Assembly (NCBI GenBank): GCA_964649715.1
Contig: CAZYTH010000005.1
Coordinates: 1,765 to 65,764 of the forward strand
Length of the DNA: 64,000 nucleotides
From: an uncultured Candidatus Saccharibacteria bacterium
Lineage (GTDB): Bacteria; Patescibacteriota; Minisyncoccia; Phycocordibacterales; UBA12445
Reading direction: 5' to 3'
A model generated the notes under the pieces. It saw only the letters and a program-made list of their open reading frames with translations. It had not been told where the DNA came from and did no database searches. This document shows, piece by piece, positions 1 through 9,679 of the stretch. Position 1 is the stretch's first letter; the number at the start of each line of letters is the position of its first letter. The translations under genes and the position numbers were made by a program.

Positions 1-80
1 CATTATACTTATTACCGTAAACAATCTTAAATAATATTCTTTTCTAATTCTTGTTCTCTCTTTTTGAGTTATCAAATTTA

Positions 81-1187
81 TCATTTCTTTGAAAATTTTT
101 TACAAAAAAAACGTTCGCACCTCTCTTCTTCCTTCAGAGCAAGACCGATGGCTGTTGAAAACTCAAGTGATTTATTTAATTGCATATCAGGAATTTCATC
201 TTTAAAAAGAAAAAGATTCACCCATGGATTTCCAATATCAACAGATATTCCCAAGCTTGAAGATAAATATTCTGAAATACCAGGAATTGATGCCTGAGAA
301 CCACAGAGCAATATCTTACTTATATCTTTTTCGTTACCAGGACTCTTGTGTGCATTCCAGTACCAATAATGTTTTATTATCTCATCACGAAGACTGGAAA
401 TAGAGGGCGCGAGACAAAAAAGGAGTTCTTGATTTTCTGGAGTTCTTAATAGTCCTTTCGAAAATTTTAACTTATTCGCATCGTCTTCACTCAAATTCAT
501 ATTATCCATTATTGCTCTGGTGAAAAAATCACCACCCATTTTCATTGTATATCCAAACCAAACAACTCCTCTGCTAACAATAGACAAAACTGATGTCGTC
601 CTTCCTACACGCACAATCATCATTGTCCCATCGTAGTCTTTTGGAACAAGCGATCTGGCCATTGATTCTGCTTCAACCTCAAAAGAAAGCGGGGTTATCC
701 CAGAGAGATCCATTATTCTCTCGTATGATTCAACTACGGTTTTTGGTAAGACAGCAACACTTATATCAATATACCCCCCAACCCCAGATACTTCGGATAT
801 TACAGAATAGTCAAAAACAAGCTCATCGGGAGAGTAAGGAATATGTTCCTCCAACTGAAGCTCGACGCTTTCTCTAATTTCACTTTTTCTCATATAAGGT
901 AGCCTGAATTTCAAAAAATAAGATTTTTCTTCTGGGAGCGAAATATGTGCCATTCTTATGTTATATTCTTTTTGAATATCTGTAAGGGTCTTTATCATCG
1001 CCTCGTCTTGTCCTTCATTCTCAAAAGGTTGAACACTTCTCTTAAAATGTCTACCCAAGCGAAGACCATCCCTTGTCGGAATAATTTCGACAAACCTAAC
1101 TGAATGGGAACAAATATCCAAGCCCATCGAGGGAAAATCTAAATACTTTGGTACAGGAAAAAATTCCAAAAAAGATTTCTTTACCAT
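81..1187 (-). CDS. pilM: Type IV pilus assembly protein PilM (actin-like ATPase fold)
   Basis: 368 aa ORF. N-terminal GLDIxSHSVRFVEI motif and overall length are typical of PilM/FtsA-like pilus assembly proteins. Confidence 0.75.
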   Translation of the reverse strand: MVKKSFLEFFPVPKYLDFPSMGLDICSHSVRFVEIIPTRDGLRLGRHFKRSVQPFENEGQDEAMIKTLTDIQKEYNIRMAHISLPEEKSYFLKFRLPYMRKSEIRESVELQLEEHIPYSPDELVFDYSVISEVSGVGGYIDISVAVLPKTVVESYERIMDLSGITPLSFEVEAESMARSLVPKDYDGTMMIVRVGRTTSVLSIVSRGVVWFGYTMKMGGDFFTRAIMDNMNLSEDDANKLKFSKGLLRTPENQELLFCLAPSISSLRDEIIKHYWYWNAHKSPGNEKDISKILLCGSQASIPGISEYLSSSLGISVDIGNPWVNLFLFKDEIPDMQLNKSLEFSTAIGLALKEEERCERFFCKKFSKK

Positions 1188-1314
1188 TTATTTAATTATA
1201 ACACGACAAAGAATAGGAACCAATCAAAAAATGATTTTAATTCGATTCATTTTTTATATAGCGACGGCAGACTTATCCGCCAAAACAACAAGACAATTTA
1301 AAATAAATCTATTT

Positions 1315-1704
1315 TCACAAACTAAACTTTTGTTTGTCTATAAAACTTTTCAATATAATGGCAGCGGCGGAAGCATCAAGCATCTCCCCTTTTCCTTGGA
1401 TCCTCTCTGCCTCAGCAGAACTCATAGACTCGTTTTCATAGACAACGTTTAAACCAGTTTCTTTTTCCAAAATATTTTTAAAAACAGCAACCATTCTCAT
1501 AATGCTATTATCTTTACCTTTGTAGTCCAACGATTCTCCTAAAATTATTTTAACCACTTTTTCTCTTTTGCAAATTTCTGTAATTTTTTTTATTAAATCT
1601 TTATTATTCTTTAAAACTGAATGAGGAAATGCAAAAACCCCCGTCTCATCAGACAAAGCAATACCTACTCTTTTTGTACCATAATCTATGCCAAGCAATC
1701 TCAT
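1315..1704 (-). CDS. ruvX: Putative Holliday junction resolvase / pre-16S rRNA nuclease RuvX (YqgF)
   Basis: MRLLGIDYGTKRVGIALSD N-terminal motif is diagnostic of YqgF/RuvX. About 130 aa. Confidence 0.85.
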   Translation of the reverse strand: MRLLGIDYGTKRVGIALSDETGVFAFPHSVLKNNKDLIKKITEICKREKVVKIILGESLDYKGKDNSIMRMVAVFKNILEKETGLNVVYENESMSSAEAERIQGKGEMLDASAAAIILKSFIDKQKFSL

Positions 1705-1766
1705 CCTTTTAATATATAACACAAAAAGAATAAAGGCGAGAAAAAATAATTTCTTTTAAAATCCTT

Positions 1767-2258
1767 TTGTGGTATACTGGATTAGTGTCCGAGTATAAAA
1801 GAAATCCAAATAGTATATGCTCCGTTTGCTCAAAACCAATCTACAAGAGACCCTCACAAATTAAAAAAAATAAAGGAAAAATTTACTGTAGCTCCGTGTG
1901 CTATGGCATGTCCCTGAGAAAAGAAAAACCTTGCATAATTTGTGGTAAATTAATTTTAGCTGGCCTAAACAAAAAAACTTGTAGTAGGAAATGTTCAAAT
2001 AAAAACAGGGCGGGTATAAGATACAAAATTGGAAGACCAAAGGATAAGGTAAGTTCACTGCGAATTATAAAAAGAAGATTAATGAACGACAGAGGAGAAA
2101 AGTGTGAAAAATGTGGTTATGATAAATATGAAATACTACAAATTCATCACAAAAACAGAAACAATAAAGATAATAATTACAAAAATTTAGAAATTATTTG
2201 TCCTAATTGTCATTATGAAGAACATTATTTAGAAAACAGTTGGTTGAGAAAATATTAG
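1767..2258 (+). CDS. HNH endonuclease with N-terminal Cys-rich zinc-ribbon repeats
   Basis: C-terminal ILQIHHKNRNNKDNNYKNLEIICPNCH is an HNH motif. Two CxxC...C motifs lie N-terminal. TTG start assumed from the ORF track. Confidence 0.65.
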   Translation: MWYTGLVSEYKRNPNSICSVCSKPIYKRPSQIKKNKGKIYCSSVCYGMSLRKEKPCIICGKLILAGLNKKTCSRKCSNKNRAGIRYKIGRPKDKVSSLRIIKRRLMNDRGEKCEKCGYDKYEILQIHHKNRNNKDNNYKNLEIICPNCHYEEHYLENSWLRKY

Positions 2259-2312
2259 TTAGATGTTGAAAAATATATAAAAATCAATACACTTATCTAA
2301 TATAATAAAAAA

Positions 2313-2397
2313 GGAGGGTTGCGCCGAATGGTAAGGCACTAGTCTTGAAAACTAGCGGGTGAAAGCCCTTAGAGGTTCGAGTCCTCTACCCTCCGTA
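2313..2397 (+). tRNA. tRNA-Ser (anticodon UGA), class II with long variable arm
   Basis: Folds by hand as a cloverleaf. Acceptor GGAGGGT/ACCCTCC. Anticodon stem CTAGT/ACTAG with loop CTTGAAA. T-arm AGAGG-TTCGAGT-CCTCT. Long variable arm CGGGTGAAAGCCC. Confidence 0.8.
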
Positions 2398-2522
2398 GCG
2401 AAGCGAAGGAGTTTAAAACAAATTTCTTTGCTTTAAAAGAGGACGAGAAGACCTTTTGAGGGTTTTTGTGTTCCGTCGTCTGACGGAGAAATAAAAAATC
2501 CAAAAGGTGTACTGAACATGTA

Positions 2523-2600
2523 ATGTTCGAGTCCCTACCTCTACCTATCGGTAAATAGGTAGAGGTAGACAGGCCTGCCTGTCTGGTAGGCAGGCTCTAC
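2523..2600. repeat. Composite palindromic (MITE-like) element: 14 bp perfect inverted repeat ctacctctacctat/ataggtagaggtag, then GC-rich palindrome gcctgcctg...caggcaggc
   Basis: Seen directly. A related shorter copy lies at 17651-17690. The GC-rich half recurs at 3530-3550, 12466-12502 and 50047-50061. Confidence 0.55.
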
Positions 2601-2701
2601 TTTTCGTAATCAAAAAACAAAACTCACCAAATAGTATATTTTTTGTTTATGTTTACAATGAATATGCTATAATTTGTTAATAGTAAATATCTAATTCAAA
2701 A

Positions 2702-3211
2702 ATGTACAACCAACCAGAAATCATTAATCCAATACCAAGAACGGCTGAAATATCATGGGAGGCCTATGAACACAAGCATCATCATGTGACCAATGACTGG
2801 TTTTGGACTGTTGCTCTTTTGGGTTTTGTAACTTCTCTAGTTTCTATATATTACAGCAATTATCTTCTTGCTATCTTTGCTATTGTCTCAAGTTTTACAA
2901 TAATAATGCTAAAAATTAAAGGGCCTCAGATACTTACAATAAGACTTACACCAAAGGGTATAATCGTTAAAGATTCCCTATACCCATACAACAGAATAGA
3001 ATCATTTTGCATCTATGAACAAGGATGCCATGGCATAAAAAGAACCAACGAACTCTCAATAAAATCAGACAGAACATTCATGCCACAGATAATACTACCA
3101 CTAGGTGAAATAGAGACAGATCTTGTCCGAAACTATCTATCAAGATATTTAATTGAAGAGCATCATGAAATACAGATTGCCGACGTTTTGTCGGAATTTC
3201 TAAAATTTTAA
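2702..3211 (+). CDS. Hypothetical membrane protein (two hydrophobic helices)
   Basis: 169 aa ORF with hydrophobic segments WFWTVALLGFVTSLVSIYY and LLAIFAIVSSFTIIML. No recognisable motif. Confidence 0.45.
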   Translation: MYNQPEIINPIPRTAEISWEAYEHKHHHVTNDWFWTVALLGFVTSLVSIYYSNYLLAIFAIVSSFTIIMLKIKGPQILTIRLTPKGIIVKDSLYPYNRIESFCIYEQGCHGIKRTNELSIKSDRTFMPQIILPLGEIETDLVRNYLSRYLIEEHHEIQIADVLSEFLKF

Positions 3212-3259
3212 TTATTACAAAAAAACGATTGACGGAATCCTCACTTTATTCGAATAATC

Positions 3260-3292
3260 GCCCCGATTATCATCGGGACTTTTTTGTTTTTA
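3260..3292 (+). terminator. Rho-independent terminator (cccgat-tatc-atcggg stem plus T-run)
   Basis: Hairpin followed by acttttttgttttt, immediately downstream of ORF 2702-3211. Confidence 0.5.
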
Positions 3293-3457
3293 TACCCCTC
3301 AGTAGGATATCTTCCTCTACGAGGACTGTATAGCTTTCCCATTCCGATTTCGTTAAAACTCATCGGAATAAGGGAGAAGCTTTTCGATTCCTAACACAAT
3401 GCAAGCAGTTGCATTGTTCTGAGGGCATAATTAACATATGTTAATTTTATTAATTTA

Positions 3458-3529
3458 TGCCCTCAGTAGGAATCGAACCTACGTCAGAAGCTCCGCAAGC
3501 TCCTATTCTATCCATTAAACTATGAGGGC
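3458..3529 (-). tRNA. tRNA-Arg (apparent anticodon GCG)
   Basis: The reverse complement folds as a 72 nt cloverleaf. Acceptor GCCCTCA/TGAGGGC. T-arm GTAGG-TTCGATT-CCTAC. Anticodon loop TTGCGGA. The acceptor 3' side also pairs with an upstream inverted repeat (3420-3430). Confidence 0.6.
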
Positions 3530-3550
3530 GTCAGGCAAGTCAGGCAGGTC
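3530..3550. repeat. GC-rich repeat gtcaggcaagtcaggcaggtc (member of the ggcaggcagg family) abutting the 5' end of tRNA-Arg
   Basis: Seen directly. Shares caggcaggtct with the copy inside fpg. Confidence 0.45.
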
Positions 3551-3658
3551 TAAGAAAAGACTAACTAAATTTACCTCATTAAATATAGGATAATATGCAA
3601 AATAAGTAAAACTGCATTAAGCGCTTTATAGAAGATTAAAAAGTTATCTTTTCTAAAC

Positions 3659-6600
3659 TTATTTATATTCTCTTAGCCAGAAATGTTCATCTTTTATTTT
3701 AATCAAAACTTTTGATGCCCCCTCTGGTCTTAAAAAAGAAAGTGATGAATTTGAACCACTCTGTTGTTTAACCAAAAAGAAACCAATTGCATCTCCTTTA
3801 GAAAAAAGCAAATCATTTATCTTTCCATCATTACGCATACTAAAAGATATTAAGGTATCTGATTTCTCCATGCCAGGGGTATATCTATGTATTTTTGGCA
3901 ATGATTCAAATGTGCCATCACCTTTATTTAAATAAATAATAAGATAACCACGATTACATAATAAGACAATGTCCTTTTTGCCATCATTATTATAATCAAT
4001 TGTAGCGGAACCCAAAATATCTAGAACTAAATCGTCTATATACCTCGTTCCATAATCTTTTCTTTCCTCAAATTCACCGTTGTTTTTTCCTAAGAAAATA
4101 CTAAAAACAGGAGATTGGTAGTCATAATAGACCCCGTTACTTAAACCAGCAGAATATGACGCTACAGCTAAATCAGAAATTCCATCATTGTTAAAATCGG
4201 CAATGATTGGTTTTCCTGGATAAGGTAGCGTGTAATATGTATTTTTCTTTTCTAATTCACCATCTTCATTTCCGAGCATTATTGCAATCGTACTTGTATT
4301 AAAATCAGAAGCAACAACATCACCAAATGTATCATTATTTATTTTGCCCGCTGTTAAGTATGCTTGTGCGACAGAATTGGTTGAGAATTGTTCGTCAAAA
4401 TTTGGATTTCCGTCATTTTTCAAACCGCCATTTTTCAAAACAGTAATTCCTGGAGTCCCCGCCACGATATCAATCTTTCCATCTCCATTTATATCAATAA
4501 TATCCAAATATTGGAAATAAGGAGAGTCTGTTCCAAAATAGATAGGCTGTTTAAATGTATTATCACCCTTGTTCATAACAACCGAAACATTTCTGTCATC
4601 ACCGACAGCAACTATATCAGCCTTTCCGTCACCGTCCAAATCCCCTATTTTTACTTTGCGTAGTCTCCATCCAACTGAAAATTCAGATACATTGTATTTA
4701 AAACCATCGATATTTTCAGTCCCATTTTGATTACTCAAAAAAACAGAAATTGAGGAAGCCTTCTTATTTGCTGTCACAAAATCAGGTATGCTGTCATTGT
4801 TGAAATCATAAATATCAATACCCCATGTTTCAACATCAGTACCATTGCTTCTAATTAATTGTTTAAGTTCTTTATAGTCTAAAGAGCTAGTCGTTTCGCT
4901 ATTTGCCTTAATCAAAGAGACACCATACATAACAACATTATTACCTTCTTTTTTTGTCATTCGAAGCGGAGATGTAAGGACACCCTTTGGATCAAAAGCT
5001 ATCTTTATTTCTTTATCATCATGCTTAACACGAAATCCGATATCAACAAAATCGACAAAAGGCAAACTACAATCTTTTGTTCCTGTCATTAGTTTTGTTT
5101 TTTCACAATTGCTCGTTTGGGTAAAAGTTTCTGTGGTGCATTTTGTTGCAGGATCAGGAGTCCATGTTGTATCAACACAATCCCCAACATTCACGGTCAC
5201 GCTCTTTGAATCACTTCCCCCGGGACCTTCACAAGACAGTGTGAAGGTTTTGCTTTCTCTTAAGCTTCCTGTGGACTGAGAAGAGTCAAGGGTTCCTAAT
5301 GTTCCAGGAGCTAAAGTACCCGACCAACCAGTACCACTTCTTGTACAAGATGTGGCGTTTTTGGCGGTGTATCTGATTGTTGTGGCTGTGTTGTAATCAA
5401 CAAAACCGTGACCAACCGTCAGAGTGACTTCTGGTGGTTTTATGCTTACAGTTTTTGAATCTTCTACTTTTGCACCATTTATTCCAATACATTCAACCTT
5501 GTATGTTTTTGAGGTGGTGAGGTTGCCAGTAGAGAAACTTGATAAACTTGTGTAGCTACTTGACCAATCCCCTGACCAATCCCCAAGTCTCCTACAAGAA
5601 ATAACGTTTGTTGTCGTGTATGTTAGTGTTGCTGGCGTATTATAATCAACGAGTTCTTTGTCGACTGTGAAGTTTAAAGTTGGTGAATCTAAAGGCAAAC
5701 TACAATCTTTTGTTCCACTAATACCTGTTCTAGTCGAACCACACTCTGTACCCGTTTGGGTGAAAGTTTCTGTAGTGCATCTTGTTGCAGGGTCAGGAGT
5801 CCATGTTGTATCAACACAAGCCCCGACATTCACGGTCACGCTCTTTGAATCACTTCCCCCGGGACCTTCACAAGACAGTGTGAAGGTTTTGCTTTCTCTT
5901 AAGCTTCCTGTGGACTGAGAAGAGTCAAGGGTTCCTAATGTTCCAGGAGCTAAAGTACCCGACCAACCAGTACCACTTCTTGTACAAGATGTGGCGTTTT
6001 TGGCGGTGTATCTGATTGTTGTGGCTGTGTTGTAATCAACAAAACCGTGACCAACCGTCAGAGTGACTTCTGGTGGTTTTATGCTTACAGTTTTTGAATC
6101 TTCTACTTTTGCACCATTTATTCCAATACATTCAACCTTGTATGTTTTTGAGGTAAAAAGATTACCAGTAGGGAAACCTGATGCACTTGTGTAACTACCT
6201 GACCAATCCCCAAGTCTCCTACAAGAAGTAACGTTTGTTGTCGTGTATGTTAATTTTGTTGATGTATTGTAATCGACTGAATCGTTCTCGACTATGAAAT
6301 TTAGAGTTGGGGCTCCTGGTTCTGCAACAGAAACAACTACCTCTTTTTCAACATCACTACCTCCTGGGCCAGAACAATTCAGTCTGTAGGTTTTGCTTTC
6401 TGTTAAGCTTCCTGTGTCCCAAGAAGAGCTAAGTGCCCCTGATGATGCATTAGGAGGTAACGAGCCACTCCAATCTCCGCTTTTTGTACAGGATGTTGCG
6501 TTTTTAGCTGTATATTTAAGATTGGTTTTTTCTCCATAATTAAGATTTTGTTTAGTAGCCTCTAATGTAACAACTGGAGGGTTTATACCTATTATTACGT

Positions 6601-8455
6601 CCTTCTGCTCTTTATTATCCTTAGAATCTAAACAGACTAATACAAATTTATATTCGGCCTTTAAATCGCCCGTATATTTAGAATTAGGTGAGGTATGAGA
6701 ACCATTCGATAACGTTAGATAACCATCATTACTACCGTTCTTTGTAAAGTAACAGCTTTTGGCATTTTTAACAGTATACCTAAGGTATGTGGCTTTATTA
6801 AAATCAACCTTTTCTGCGTCAGTTGTTAACGTAACCTCTGGGGCGTTTGAATACAGAGTTACTTCCTGCTTCACATCTCTCCCCCCGGGACCATCACAAG
6901 TTAGTGTAAATGTTGTTTGTTCTTTTATTGAACCAACATTTGTACTTAGGTTTACAAAAGAACCAGTTGTTGCTGAAGGATTTAAAGAGCCTTTCCAAGA
7001 ATCGTTTCCAGTTCTTGTACAAGAGGTGGCATTTTTAACACTGTATGTAAGGGTTACGGTATCTTTATAATCATAATTTATTTTATTGTCTTTAGCGCTT
7101 AACGAAACCTCTGGAGCGTTTATGCTTATGGTCACTTCCTTTTCTCCAGCGTCTCCTCCTGGTCCTGAACAGTTTAATTTAAATGTTGTACCAACCTTTA
7201 AGTTTCCTGTGGTTATGCTTCCAATTGCAATAGAGCTAAGAATAAGATTATTGTATGTACCACCGCTTAGTTTACAGGATGTGGCGTTTTTGGATGTATA
7301 TTTAAGAGTGGTGGCTTTACCATATTCAACGCTACTATCAACAACCGTCAGTGTGGATTCTGGAGCGTTTATACTTACGGTTTTTGTATCTTCTACTTTA
7401 TTACCATTAATTCCAGTACATTCAACCTTGTATGTTTTTGAGGTGGTGAGGTTGCCAGTAGTTACATTCGTGGCGCTTATCCCAGAGCCAGTCCATCCGT
7501 CGCTTCTCTTACAAGAAGCAGCATTTGTTGTCTTGTATGATAACGTTGTTGATGTATTGTAATCGACTGAATCTTCCTCGACTGTGAAGTTTAGAGTTGG
7601 ATCATTTATCGTTACCGTGGTTTCTGCACTAATATCCTGATTTAAACTATTTTTACAATTTATTTTGAAGGTTTTTTGTTCTTTTATCTCTGGAGAAGGC
7701 CTCGATAATACGGTTTGGTTTGTCCCTATGACTTCACTCCAATTGCTTGTACAACTCTTCGCATTTTTTGTTTCCCAACTAAGATTCACTTTTTCCCCTG
7801 AATTGACTTTATCCCTGTCAGATTTAATTGTAACAGTCACTGGGTTTTGTACAGGACCTTCAAAAGGAGGATTTTCCTCTACGGGAGTATTTGTCGTCGC
7901 ACCATAAACATTGATAAGGAAATCTGGAATAGTTCCACAATTTCTCCACGCACAATCAATATAAGCGGAAGTATTAGGATAACAATAAGCTACTCTGTAA
8001 GAATTTGCAGATATTTTTCGAGAACCATTAATATTCTCTACTGTCCAAGTTTTCGTGTAAGTATTGGACTGATTAGCACTTCTCCCAACCCCCTCTCTGT
8101 TTGATCCGTTTGAGCACAAACTGGTTCCAAATACATCATAAAAACCATAGAGGTCGCTTCTAATGCCCTGAACAGGCGTAGACATAGGTATTACTCCTGT
8201 GGCTGATTCTGTAATGGTGCAAGTAATCTTACTAAGAGCCTTAACACTAGCACCCGATCGAATCACATTTTCATTTGCATCTTTGCAGGTAATTGACGCT
8301 ACAAAACCGTCACCACATTTATTTGTTTCGCCCGCAGAAGGATGTTTCTGCCCAACCTCTCTGCATTCCGCTGCTTCCCCTGTTGCTGGAAAAAAAATAA
8401 ACAAAAAACAAATAAAAGAAAAAAATAAGATAAGTTTTTTTAGATTAATTTTCAT
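3659..8455 (-). CDS. Giant secreted surface protein (1598 aa): signal peptide, several Ig-like ~100 aa repeats with conserved Cys pairs, C-terminal FG-GAP/VCBS-like repeats
   Basis: N-terminal MKINLKKLILFFSFICFLFIFFPATGEA signal peptide. Repeated LNFTV..VDYN..T.L.Y..NA.SC...W.G...K.Y.L.C.GPGG modules. C-terminal DGDGKADIV, INGDGKIDIV and NNDGKKDIV motifs typical of FG-GAP beta-propeller repeats. Confidence 0.7.
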   Translation of the reverse strand: MKINLKKLILFFSFICFLFIFFPATGEAAECREVGQKHPSAGETNKCGDGFVASITCKDANENVIRSGASVKALSKITCTITESATGVIPMSTPVQGIRSDLYGFYDVFGTSLCSNGSNREGVGRSANQSNTYTKTWTVENINGSRKISANSYRVAYCYPNTSAYIDCAWRNCGTIPDFLINVYGATTNTPVEENPPFEGPVQNPVTVTIKSDRDKVNSGEKVNLSWETKNAKSCTSNWSEVIGTNQTVLSRPSPEIKEQKTFKINCKNSLNQDISAETTVTINDPTLNFTVEEDSVDYNTSTTLSYKTTNAASCKRSDGWTGSGISATNVTTGNLTTSKTYKVECTGINGNKVEDTKTVSINAPESTLTVVDSSVEYGKATTLKYTSKNATSCKLSGGTYNNLILSSIAIGSITTGNLKVGTTFKLNCSGPGGDAGEKEVTISINAPEVSLSAKDNKINYDYKDTVTLTYSVKNATSCTRTGNDSWKGSLNPSATTGSFVNLSTNVGSIKEQTTFTLTCDGPGGRDVKQEVTLYSNAPEVTLTTDAEKVDFNKATYLRYTVKNAKSCYFTKNGSNDGYLTLSNGSHTSPNSKYTGDLKAEYKFVLVCLDSKDNKEQKDVIIGINPPVVTLEATKQNLNYGEKTNLKYTAKNATSCTKSGDWSGSLPPNASSGALSSSWDTGSLTESKTYRLNCSGPGGSDVEKEVVVSVAEPGAPTLNFIVENDSVDYNTSTKLTYTTTNVTSCRRLGDWSGSYTSASGFPTGNLFTSKTYKVECIGINGAKVEDSKTVSIKPPEVTLTVGHGFVDYNTATTIRYTAKNATSCTRSGTGWSGTLAPGTLGTLDSSQSTGSLRESKTFTLSCEGPGGSDSKSVTVNVGACVDTTWTPDPATRCTTETFTQTGTECGSTRTGISGTKDCSLPLDSPTLNFTVDKELVDYNTPATLTYTTTNVISCRRLGDWSGDWSSSYTSLSSFSTGNLTTSKTYKVECIGINGAKVEDSKTVSIKPPEVTLTVGHGFVDYNTATTIRYTAKNATSCTRSGTGWSGTLAPGTLGTLDSSQSTGSLRESKTFTLSCEGPGGSDSKSVTVNVGDCVDTTWTPDPATKCTTETFTQTSNCEKTKLMTGTKDCSLPFVDFVDIGFRVKHDDKEIKIAFDPKGVLTSPLRMTKKEGNNVVMYGVSLIKANSETTSSLDYKELKQLIRSNGTDVETWGIDIYDFNNDSIPDFVTANKKASSISVFLSNQNGTENIDGFKYNVSEFSVGWRLRKVKIGDLDGDGKADIVAVGDDRNVSVVMNKGDNTFKQPIYFGTDSPYFQYLDIIDINGDGKIDIVAGTPGITVLKNGGLKNDGNPNFDEQFSTNSVAQAYLTAGKINNDTFGDVVASDFNTSTIAIMLGNEDGELEKKNTYYTLPYPGKPIIADFNNDGISDLAVASYSAGLSNGVYYDYQSPVFSIFLGKNNGEFEERKDYGTRYIDDLVLDILGSATIDYNNDGKKDIVLLCNRGYLIIYLNKGDGTFESLPKIHRYTPGMEKSDTLISFSMRNDGKINDLLFSKGDAIGFFLVKQQSGSNSSLSFLRPEGASKVLIKIKDEHFWLREYK
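5061..6369. repeat. Intragenic tandem duplication (two units of about 640-655 bp) inside the giant surface protein gene. The core 5152-5515 and 5791-6154 is near-identical (364 bp, 2-3 mismatches).
   Basis: Direct comparison of the two stretches. A more divergent third copy of the repeat end lies near 7391-7462. Confidence 0.8.
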
Positions 8456-8505
8456 TTTTTATATGTTTTATTAAGGTTTGCAGAGAACGCATTGAGAACA
8501 CAAAA

Positions 8506-9327
8506 TTATAAATCAGTTACTAACCACAACCTTCCCTCCTCCATTGTCGGAAGATCAGCTTGTGTTTGTGCTTTTGTTTTTTTCTCTATTATTAATCCAC
8601 CTCGAGTATTGGTAACACCCAAAACATTAGCTGTCTTATTGACCAAAAGAGAACCTGCTTCTAAAATTTCTTTTATCAAAACGTTGCCTCCTGGATTTTT
8701 ATTTTCTATGTACTCGTAAACAACGCCGTTTGATAAAGTCTTTTCTTCCGATTCCCAAAAACCAGTTTCAGAACTACTGCATACCCAGCTTCCCGCTGTA
8801 CTGCCTGCAGGTTTCTGATACTTCAAGACTTGACCGTCTGAACAAGCAGCTTGAGGGAAACTCAATATTTTTTTTATTTCAACAGCCCAATTATTAACAG
8901 TGTCTCCTACTCCTGGTGTTATACTTATACAACTGTCCCCCAAACAAAAACCTTCTGCCTTAACCTTGCCACCGACTGTAAGTTTTTCAAACAAATTCTT
9001 CCAGTTATTTTTTGCTTTTGCTTCGTTTATAAACACATTACCTGTATTTTCATTTTTTATATTTGGTGTTGTGCTTATTTTTGACCAAAAACTAGATCCA
9101 CCTGGCGTAAAACTCTGAGTACAACTTACTTCAGCTCCAGCACTATCGTATATACAAAACTTAGTGGCACCTATCATAGCTTTCTTGATTTGGTCGCTTG
9201 TCCCCACATTTATTGGGGGCTCTGTGTTGCCTCCAGGAGGGACTTCTGTCGGTTGAGACCATGCAGCAAAGGATGTCCCTGAGAAGAACATCAGGGCTAA
9301 AATGATTAGAGTTTTTATTTTATTCAT
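8506..9327 (-). CDS. Hypothetical secreted protein (signal peptide)
   Basis: 273 aa. N-terminal MNKIKTLIILALMFFSGTSFA signal-peptide-like sequence. No recognisable domain. Confidence 0.45.
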   Translation of the reverse strand: MNKIKTLIILALMFFSGTSFAAWSQPTEVPPGGNTEPPINVGTSDQIKKAMIGATKFCIYDSAGAEVSCTQSFTPGGSSFWSKISTTPNIKNENTGNVFINEAKAKNNWKNLFEKLTVGGKVKAEGFCLGDSCISITPGVGDTVNNWAVEIKKILSFPQAACSDGQVLKYQKPAGSTAGSWVCSSSETGFWESEEKTLSNGVVYEYIENKNPGGNVLIKEILEAGSLLVNKTANVLGVTNTRGGLIIEKKTKAQTQADLPTMEEGRLWLVTDL

Positions 9328-9361
9328 TTTGATTATTCTACTAATTTAATAAATTTTTTAA

Positions 9362-9679
9362 TTATTGTAAGAGTGACTCTAGTATCTTTGCCCTTTCTTC
9401 CTCCTGGGCCTTCTTGTCTATATTGCTCACTGGGGTGTCTTCTTTGAGAAGCTCTTGGACAATATCGTTTCTTTCCTCTTCGGTTAATATTTGTGATGGA
9501 ACTCCTTCGTCTTTCAAGAGTTCTTCTATCAGAGCATCTCTTTCTTTCTCCTTTTGGAGTAGAGCGTCTTCTTCAGAAATCTTTGTGCTTTGTATGAAGT
9601 AAAAGAAAATGAATAATAGGGAGAGAGTTAACAGTAAAGCTAAAAATACCCACAATATTTTTTTGTTGTTTTCTTGCAT
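9362..9679 (-). CDS. Small membrane-anchored acidic coiled-coil protein
   Basis: 105 aa. One N-terminal TM segment (ILWVFLALLLTLSLLFIFFYF), then a Glu/Lys-rich tail. Confidence 0.4.
   Translation of the reverse strand: MQENNKKILWVFLALLLTLSLLFIFFYFIQSTKISEEDALLQKEKERDALIEELLKDEGVPSQILTEEERNDIVQELLKEDTPVSNIDKKAQEEERAKILESLLQ

Noticed and set aside
64-877. Plus-strand ORFs 64-297 and 593-877
   Set aside because: They lie antisense within the well-supported pilM gene and have low-complexity translations.
2523-2545. Partial duplicate of the tRNA-Ser 3' end (gttcgagtccctacc) about 130 bp downstream of the tRNA, suggestive of an att site
   Set aside because: The match is only about 15 nt and is continuous with the palindromic repeat element. 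No integrase or cargo lies between the copies. Better explained as part of the MITE-like repeat.
4388-8474. Multiple plus-strand ORFs (4388-4663, 5658-5918, 6759-7070, 7086-7562, 7665-7907, 7847-8104, 8199-8474)
   Set aside because: All lie antisense inside the 1598 aa surface protein gene, and several simply mirror its internal repeats.
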